64,000 nucleotides of DNA from the IMG/VR virus record IMGVR_UViG_3300029286_001043, positions 28,228 to 92,227 of that record; one strand, given 5' to 3'. The notes under the pieces are model-generated. The model searched no databases. It worked only from the letters and a program-made list of their open reading frames with translations, and had not been told where the DNA came from. Positions 57,965-64,000 of the stretch are shown here, piece by piece. A program made the position numbers and the translations under genes. Source of the DNA: a virus. Its lineage: Duplodnaviria > Heunggongvirae > Uroviricota > Caudoviricetes. Position 1 is the first letter of the stretch, and every line of letters starts with the position of its first letter.

Positions 57965-58112
57965 TTTACTTCCTCCTTAGTATTGGTATAAGATCCTAGT
58001 TGTAGTCATTCCAACCCTGCTACAATATCCCTGGGTAGACGATCTTATACCTTGGTTAATTGTTTTCAATATAGTATATTCTGAACTCTGAATTTTTTGC
58101 AACTAAATTTAA

Positions 58113-58331
58113 TTACCCACCGTTTGGATAATCCGAAAATTCTTTAACATATATTACCTTTTTACATTCAGAACAGGTAATTACAACCTTGCCTGTAATT
58201 TCCTGTCCATAACCACACGTTTCACAGCCTTCAGAAGCGGATAGCTCCTCTACTGCTATCATATCGTCAGTCCATTCAGCTTTACAGTATGGACATAATG
58301 GTTTACTCATTTTCGGCTCCATTTCTCGCAT
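58113..58331 (-). CDS. small Zn-ribbon protein
   Basis: 72 aa with CPYC...CETCG...CSEC. Confidence 0.35.
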   Translation of the reverse strand: MREMEPKMSKPLCPYCKAEWTDDMIAVEELSASEGCETCGYGQEITGKVVITCSECKKVIYVKEFSDYPNGG

Positions 58332-58726
58332 AATTCTAAATGTCCTCTATGTGCGTCTTCAGCAGTATTATAACTACCGCTATCAACTGCTTTTGGCACT
58401 TCAATTTCCCATGGACAGCATTTATGTTCAGATTTTTTAGCCATAAATACCATAGTCTCATACTTTCGGCCTAATCCAATATCTTCAAAACCGAATCTTT
58501 TGAAATAAACAGAATCGAACATGTCTCCTAACAAATGTTTATTATTTATTAACCAATCTGGATCGTAAACCTTAGCATGTATTTCTCGGGCCACTCTCTC
58601 TGGCCATAATTCTCCAACTGTTGATACTATATATTTGCCGACATAGGTATTCAAATGAAATCGGCATTTATGACTTAAACAAAAATGTCCAGCATGACCC
58701 ATTTCAATCCATTTATCTTTCTTCAT
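58307..58726 (-). CDS. hypothetical protein (His/Cys-rich)
   Basis: 139-aa ORF. Confidence 0.35.
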   Translation of the reverse strand: MKKDKWIEMGHAGHFCLSHKCRFHLNTYVGKYIVSTVGELWPERVAREIHAKVYDPDWLINNKHLLGDMFDSVYFKRFGFEDIGLGRKYETMVFMAKKSEHKCCPWEIEVPKAVDSGSYNTAEDAHRGHLELCEKWSRK

Positions 58727-58881
58727 CTTACCACCTCCAAATCTTCTTTATTCCAATAGCTATAGCCACCTAATCTCTTATCTAACTTAACACCGCCTTC
58801 AATACCGTCTGCATCAAGCAAGGCTACTATTTCAGCAGTTCGACACTTACCTTTTAATCTTACTATATCACCTTTCTTCAT

Positions 58882-59466
58882 TTAACCCTCCATGATCAAG
58901 TCTAATAATTCTTTAGTAAGTATACTTTTGTGATAATTACCAGAACTAGCATGTTCAGATTCCCACTGACTTATACACTTGATCAGTCCAATGAGATCAT
59001 CCTCATCAGACATTTTATTATTGAGCAACGCATATTGAATAAAGTACGGCAATCCATTACTAGTACTTAATTTGCCTGAAATATTCTCAAGATTACAGTC
59101 ACAGTCGGACTCTTCAAGGACGCCACCTAAAACAGCAGCAATAGCTCGCATAATCATAATTGACTCTTCATTATGACCTAAACTCATCCAAGTTGTCGGT
59201 CCAATAGGATTATCATCGTTATTAGTAATAACAAACATTCGACGTGTACCATGACTGCTTCCATTAATCTCAAAGAAAAAGTTGTAACAATTAGGTTGGT
59301 TGTCGGTAGGTTGAATATCGACTTTCCGTTTTATAGTGTAAAATTTGCCAGCGATATTCTTCTTACGTTTTTTTGTTTCCTTAAGATCAAGATAACTTTC
59401 CATAACATCTTTAATTTGATCTAAACTCCATTTACTGCTTACTACTAGGTGGGTATCAATACTCAT
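58882..59466 (-). CDS. hypothetical protein
   Basis: 194-aa ORF. Confidence 0.35.
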   Translation of the reverse strand: MSIDTHLVVSSKWSLDQIKDVMESYLDLKETKKRKKNIAGKFYTIKRKVDIQPTDNQPNCYNFFFEINGSSHGTRRMFVITNNDDNPIGPTTWMSLGHNEESIMIMRAIAAVLGGVLEESDCDCNLENISGKLSTSNGLPYFIQYALLNNKMSDEDDLIGLIKCISQWESEHASSGNYHKSILTKELLDLIMEG

Positions 59467-59496
59467 CTGCTCCTCCTTCGTTTAGGTCGTCCGACC

Positions 59497-59874
59497 TTAC
59501 TTCTTTAGTTTCTCCAAAACATCCCCAGCTCTAAAACAAAATTTCTTATTATCTACTAGTCTAATTCCTAAAATAGGATATGCTCGACGATTAATTACCA
59601 AACCGCATATTCTATGTACTTCACCTTTCCACATAAACTCTCGGTTCAAATCCTCAGGAGTAAAACCAAAAGTAGTAGCATACTTCTTAAAATCAACAAT
59701 TTTCTTATCTTCAGCTTTACCTTCGGCATTCGGCAAACTTATTTCTACTTTCATAGTTAAAGTAGTATCTAAAAAATTAGCACCACCATAACCGAAACTC
59801 CATTTAGGAAACTTTTCTTTTAAAACAGTTATAACGTCCTGTGTAACTTGTCTTGCTTCCATCTTATCCATCAC
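59497..59874 (-). CDS. hypothetical protein
   Basis: 125-aa ORF. Confidence 0.35.
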   Translation of the reverse strand: MMDKMEARQVTQDVITVLKEKFPKWSFGYGGANFLDTTLTMKVEISLPNAEGKAEDKKIVDFKKYATTFGFTPEDLNREFMWKGEVHRICGLVINRRAYPILGIRLVDNKKFCFRAGDVLEKLKK

Positions 59875-59905
59875 TCCTCCTTTGTTAGGCCATCCAGCCG
59901 TTTAC

Positions 59906-60466
59906 CTATATTAGTATATTCTCTTGTTCTGTGACTTCTGCAAGTTCTTTTTTGAAGTCATCATAACGCTCTTGTGCGTGAAATCTAGAAATCTTAAGTT
60001 TCCTAGCAATCAACCAACGGGTTATCTTACCCTCTTTCATAAACAGATCGTAAAGCCGCTGACTTTTGTTTGAAAGTAAAGGCCGAAGTCTTCGTGGATT
60101 AGTTTCCTTACTTTTATTAACTAGATAATTGAAAGATGGTTTGCTAGAGTCTTCATCATCAGTTTCTTTAACCTCAACAGTTCTCTGAGCGATGTTTACA
60201 GCATGAAAGTATGAATAATAATATCTCGACATCATACGTTCTACCGCAGATTTAAAATAGGTAACAAAACTAGATTTCGTTTTGTCATACTTCATTAAGC
60301 AACGATATAAGCAGATAGTTACTTCTTGTTTTGCATCATTGAAATCTAATACTGAGTGATAACGTCCGTAGAATTGATAGGCAAGCTTTGTTACGAGTGG
60401 ATTGTATTTCTTTAAAATCTCTTCGGTGTTTGATACTTTAAACTTTACTTCAGCCTTTTGCTTCAT
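59906..60466 (-). CDS. putative sigma-factor-like transcription protein (gp55-like late sigma candidate)
   Basis: SSFVTYFKSAVERMM resembles sigma region 2 (T4 gp55 HAYITQACFNAFVQRI). C-terminal basic helix region. Weak. Confidence 0.3.
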   Translation of the reverse strand: MKQKAEVKFKVSNTEEILKKYNPLVTKLAYQFYGRYHSVLDFNDAKQEVTICLYRCLMKYDKTKSSFVTYFKSAVERMMSRYYYSYFHAVNIAQRTVEVKETDDEDSSKPSFNYLVNKSKETNPRRLRPLLSNKSQRLYDLFMKEGKITRWLIARKLKISRFHAQERYDDFKKELAEVTEQENILI

Positions 60467-60604
60467 CTTAACCCTCCATCCTAAAACTGTTTATTAAAAT
60501 TCGTCCGTTTGTTACTCGATCCTGTTACCTCCTTCCATATTACCTCTAACTAAAAGCATTATATACCTAAAACTGCAGTGTGTAAACAGTTATTTTACTT
60601 ATTT

Positions 60605-61165
60605 TCAGTGACACGCAGCAATTTTAGGGGGGTGAGTTTTTTCAAAATAATTAGCCAGACAACATTCAAGCTCGGACTCTATATTAAATATCTCAGTTTC
60701 TAACCTATGATACTTAATTTCATATTCAGAGAATATCTCGAGCACCTTCATTTTATCATAGTATATTTTTAATACTGAATATTTGACTTCTAATAAAAAT
60801 TGCAGATCATCTATATACTGTTTATCAGGATCTATCGGGTCCTCTATTACTTTAATATATTCCTCATATTCCTTTAATGTCTTAGGGAATTCATGAAGAG
60901 CCGAATATTCCTCAATTACCGAGTCTACCGGAATCTTCTTTATATGAGCAATAAAATAAATTAAATCGCCGGATTTCTGGCACGCAAAACAGTGGAATAA
61001 CTTTTTATTTGAATTTATAAAACACGACGGATTTTTGTCAGCATGAAATGGGCAAAGAACTTTATATTCATCACCACCATTGCTATACTGTATCCCTAAT
61101 TGTTTTAATACTGTAGGAACGCTCAGCTTAGAATTTACAAATTTACGTAACTGATTCTTTATCAT
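60605..61165 (-). CDS. DNA primase zinc-binding domain protein (gp61-like ZBD, no TOPRIM domain)
   Basis: CPFHADKNPSCFIN...HCFACQKSGD is a CHC2 primase zinc finger. The remaining ~100 aa lack TOPRIM motifs. Confidence 0.55.
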   Translation of the reverse strand: MIKNQLRKFVNSKLSVPTVLKQLGIQYSNGGDEYKVLCPFHADKNPSCFINSNKKLFHCFACQKSGDLIYFIAHIKKIPVDSVIEEYSALHEFPKTLKEYEEYIKVIEDPIDPDKQYIDDLQFLLEVKYSVLKIYYDKMKVLEIFSEYEIKYHRLETEIFNIESELECCLANYFEKTHPPKIAACH

Positions 61166-61745
61166 TTAGAAATTTAGCTATTTTTATATGTTCATTAATC
61201 GTACCGTCACTTTTTAATCGGTTTGCTCGCCAGGATAAAATTTGTATATTATTTTTAACATAGCCCTTATTATTGTTTATTCGATCAATAGAAACTGAAT
61301 TATCTTTTCGTGAAGTATTAAAATAGTTTAATTTTATCCCTAAAATAGGACAATGTGTTGGATATTTAAGATCTGAAAATTTAAGTGTTATTCTAGATCC
61401 TCTAGCCTTTAAAATACCTCGTAACATTTTAAACTTTCGTAAAATAGCATTTGAAAATCGATCACTTGATATTTTCTTCATTTCATCATAACTAATTCCG
61501 AAACTATGTAAATATTTGCGATTCCGATTTATTTTATTTCTTAATGTATTCTTTTTACATTTATTTCTATGTTTCATATATTTAGTAGTATCAATACCGT
61601 GCCGATTACAAATATTCCAAATGGCCTGTCTACTTACACAATAATGATTAGCGATACTCTGAATTGATTTATGAACCTTGAGTAATTTTTTTATTTTAGG
61701 TATTTGTAAATCCCATTTTCGATATCTTCGTTTATTATGTCTCAT
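61143..61745 (-). CDS. HNH (HNH_3/I-HmuI-like) homing endonuclease-like protein with N-terminal HTH
   Basis: SIDRINNNKGYVKNNIQILSWRANRLKSDG core. N-terminal IQSIANHYCVSRQAIWNI HTH. Confidence 0.65.
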   Translation of the reverse strand: MRHNKRRYRKWDLQIPKIKKLLKVHKSIQSIANHYCVSRQAIWNICNRHGIDTTKYMKHRNKCKKNTLRNKINRNRKYLHSFGISYDEMKKISSDRFSNAILRKFKMLRGILKARGSRITLKFSDLKYPTHCPILGIKLNYFNTSRKDNSVSIDRINNNKGYVKNNIQILSWRANRLKSDGTINEHIKIAKFLNDKESVT

Positions 61746-61783
61746 AGATTAATTATAATCTATAAATTATGAAATGTACATAA

Positions 61784-63070
61784 TTATTTAGCAATCTCAT
61801 ATAAGTGGCATCTTTCTGGAGTAATAAATAACGAAAAATTGAATGGAGCACCATCACGCGATTTAACCGAATTAAAATTCATTAATTTAAGATTAACATC
61901 ATAATGCAATCCTAAAACTAGATCTGCATGATCTGAAATTGATTTACTACCGGCTACATCATAAGAATTAAATCCATCTATTGACGTATCTTTACGCTTC
62001 ATGGCATCCGCTGTAATTTGAGAAGCAGTAATAACACTAATTTGATATCTCTTAGCTATATATTTTAAAGCTAAAGCTACCTCATCTAATACTTCCCAGC
62101 GATCTATATTTCGTTTTAGATGGCTACCGAGTAAACCGATATAGTCAACAATAACAACGTCAGGCTTTACTATAGAAGATAATATATATTCCTCAATCTT
62201 AGTAACCGCCGTTCGTGGAGGAATGTCAATTACTTTAAACATTGTAGTACTTGATTCAATTTCTTTAATCATTGTATCATTAGGCTTTGAATATCCACAC
62301 TTTCTTAATACTTCATAATCGATATTAAGTATTCGGGAATCTAGCCGTCTAAATATCTGCGAAGTTGGCATTTCAAGGGAAAAGAACATTATATTCGTTT
62401 TTGAGGTTATCCAGAGCTGGTAAGCTAAATTTAAAAGAAGAGTAGTTTTGCCAGATCCTGTAGCCCCCATAATTACGGCTAAAGCCGAAGATGAGAACCC
62501 ACCTAATACATTGTCAAAAGCTTTATACCCAGTAATAAATCTTTTCTGATCATCAGCAACTTCCCCGCTATAAATCTTTAACCGCGCTCTAATATCCTTT
62601 ATTTCGGCTTCAGTCTTAACCTGAATTTGAGTCTTACCTAATAACATAGATATAGTTTCGCCGATCACATTAATTGGCCGCAATATATCTATTTCATTCC
62701 CGGATTTTAATATACTCTCATATTCGGTAAGTAATACAGGAATCAGTCTGGACTTTACGTATTCAGTTTTAATCTGATCAGCCAACACCCAGAAATCATT
62801 TCGATTTACCTCGATAGTATTAACTTCATCCACTAGTAAAGATAAATATAGAGAATCAATGCCGAGCGATTTAGCACTTTCTTGTATATAATGCAAATCA
62901 ATCTTATTTCCGGCGAAATATTGAATATCATACATCTTCCGAAGTATCTTCTCGAGATCCGAAGATATAAATCTCAACAGATCAGTAGATAAAAACGTTT
63001 CTCTTAAATCTGGATATTCAATAGTAAGCTTTATCAGCTTTACAATATTATCATTAAAATGTTTACCCAC
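61784..63070 (-). CDS. gp41: replicative DNA helicase, DnaB family (T4 gp41-like)
   Basis: Walker A VIMGATGSGKTT, FFSLEMP, VVIVDYIGLL, ITASQIT motifs. Confidence 0.75.
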   Translation of the reverse strand: MGKHFNDNIVKLIKLTIEYPDLRETFLSTDLLRFISSDLEKILRKMYDIQYFAGNKIDLHYIQESAKSLGIDSLYLSLLVDEVNTIEVNRNDFWVLADQIKTEYVKSRLIPVLLTEYESILKSGNEIDILRPINVIGETISMLLGKTQIQVKTEAEIKDIRARLKIYSGEVADDQKRFITGYKAFDNVLGGFSSSALAVIMGATGSGKTTLLLNLAYQLWITSKTNIMFFSLEMPTSQIFRRLDSRILNIDYEVLRKCGYSKPNDTMIKEIESSTTMFKVIDIPPRTAVTKIEEYILSSIVKPDVVIVDYIGLLGSHLKRNIDRWEVLDEVALALKYIAKRYQISVITASQITADAMKRKDTSIDGFNSYDVAGSKSISDHADLVLGLHYDVNLKLMNFNSVKSRDGAPFNFSLFITPERCHLYEIAK

Positions 63071-63575
63071 CGAGTTCCTCTATTCTTTTCTTTATAAAAT
63101 CTAAATAATAATTAGTAAGACTTTCCTTTTTTACCGCAAATGAGAATATAGCAACCAATCCACGATCTTCAGCTTCTTTTATTATTCTATATAATACTAA
63201 TGAGTTATTCTGAAAGGTTTCTAATCCTAAATTATACACCATTATCCCATCTACCCCGTCATAATTATTTAATGTAAACATATTCACAGAATCTTTTAAC
63301 ACCATATTCTTTCCGTCTTCAACCTCAGACATGAAACGATTAAAAGCCAATGAATCATTCTGAAATATAAAATGTGTTTTCTGACTATATGAAAGTTTAC
63401 AAAAAGAAAAGATATACGAAATCGGAACTCCCAATTCAGTCATTTTGATAATAAAAATATATTGCTTCATACAATTGCAGAATTGAACTTCGGTAGGAGA
63501 CAACACAACAGTACCAGTGCCAGAACAGATTTTACACCCCTTGACAATGTTATCGTACATCAAATCATATCGCAC
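63063..63575 (-). CDS. hypothetical protein upstream of the helicase (positional helicase-loader candidate)
   Basis: 170-aa ORF with CKICSG...CNC. No motif. Confidence 0.3.
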   Translation of the reverse strand: MRYDLMYDNIVKGCKICSGTGTVVLSPTEVQFCNCMKQYIFIIKMTELGVPISYIFSFCKLSYSQKTHFIFQNDSLAFNRFMSEVEDGKNMVLKDSVNMFTLNNYDGVDGIMVYNLGLETFQNNSLVLYRIIKEAEDRGLVAIFSFAVKKESLTNYYLDFIKKRIEELGG

Positions 63576-63581
63576 GATTTA

Positions 63582-63782
63582 TTAGCCCTCAGTCTCTATG
63601 TCGTTTAGTAAATCTTTGAATTCTTGAAGATTACCTAATATAAATCGACTTTCAACTTCTATTAAACATAAATTCGGCTGCATCTTCAAAAAATCAAAAA
63701 TCTCCTGAAGATCGTCCATACACTGGGCATAAACTTCAAAGCACTCATCCTTCTCGGTATCTTTAATATATACTAAATACAT
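63582..63782 (-). CDS. hypothetical small acidic protein
   Basis: 66-aa ORF. Confidence 0.3.
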   Translation of the reverse strand: MYLVYIKDTEKDECFEVYAQCMDDLQEIFDFLKMQPNLCLIEVESRFILGNLQEFKDLLNDIETEG

Positions 63783-63784
63783 AG

Positions 63785-63988
63785 TTACTCCTTCCGTATA
63801 TCTGTCACTTTTGAAACTAACCGCCTATGTCCGTCAATATCTTTTACTACAAATTGTCCTTCTAAATCGCCGGTTACTTTTGTCTCGCAATTATATATTA
63901 CTTTATATCTTTTCCATCCTATTTTAAATATATAACAAAATCTATTTTTAATAATATCCCACAAAGAGGGAACCCAAATTTCAACCAA
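63785..63988 (-). CDS. hypothetical small protein
   Basis: 67-aa ORF. Confidence 0.3.
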   Translation of the reverse strand: MVEIWVPSLWDIIKNRFCYIFKIGWKRYKVIYNCETKVTGDLEGQFVVKDIDGHRRLVSKVTDIRKE

Positions 63989-64000
63989 CCCTTTTGAGTA

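Noticed and set aside
1-64000. CRISPR arrays, rRNA, integrase/attachment sites, transposases
   Set aside because: No direct-repeat/spacer architecture. The only tandem array is the in-frame 18-nt coding repeat. No rRNA-like conserved stretches, and no recombinase or transposase motifs among the ORFs.

Overview
AT-rich (~35% GC) stretch of a T4-like myovirus genome. Every credible gene is on the minus strand, with short overlaps and Shine-Dalgarno sites. The head/packaging block (high to low coordinates) runs: tandem GroES-like co-chaperonin, putative small terminase, TerL (gp17-like), a gp20-like portal interrupted by three HNH-type inteins, a ~700-bp ORF-free GC-elevated region, an acidic 758-aa protein, a (GYSGIS)n hexapeptide-repeat fibrous protein, a cold-shock protein, a 1195-aa gp21-like protease fused to a coiled-coil/zinc-ribbon tail, and the gp23-like MCP. 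The MCP is followed by a homing endonuclease ORF that carries a recoded duplicate of the MCP C-terminus. The right half encodes T4-type replication, recombination and nucleotide-metabolism genes: B-family DNA polymerase, DnaB-like helicase, stand-alone primase Zn domain, gp32-like SSB, RuvC-like resolvase, fused Mre11-Rad50, dCMP deaminase, TS-family enzyme fused to a GIY-YIG endonuclease, MazG-like NTPase, Pnk-like kinase-phosphatase, UDG-like protein. It also encodes several metallophosphoesterases, an SPFH protein, and an ACP next to a dTDP-glucose 4,6-dehydratase-like enzyme. About 15 homing-endonuclease modules are present: Vsr/DUF559-like PD-(D/E)xK, HNH and GIY-YIG, many with NUMOD3-like repeats. 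No tRNA, rRNA or CRISPR array was recognisable. Plus-strand ORFs in the track are all antisense artefacts inside minus-strand genes.
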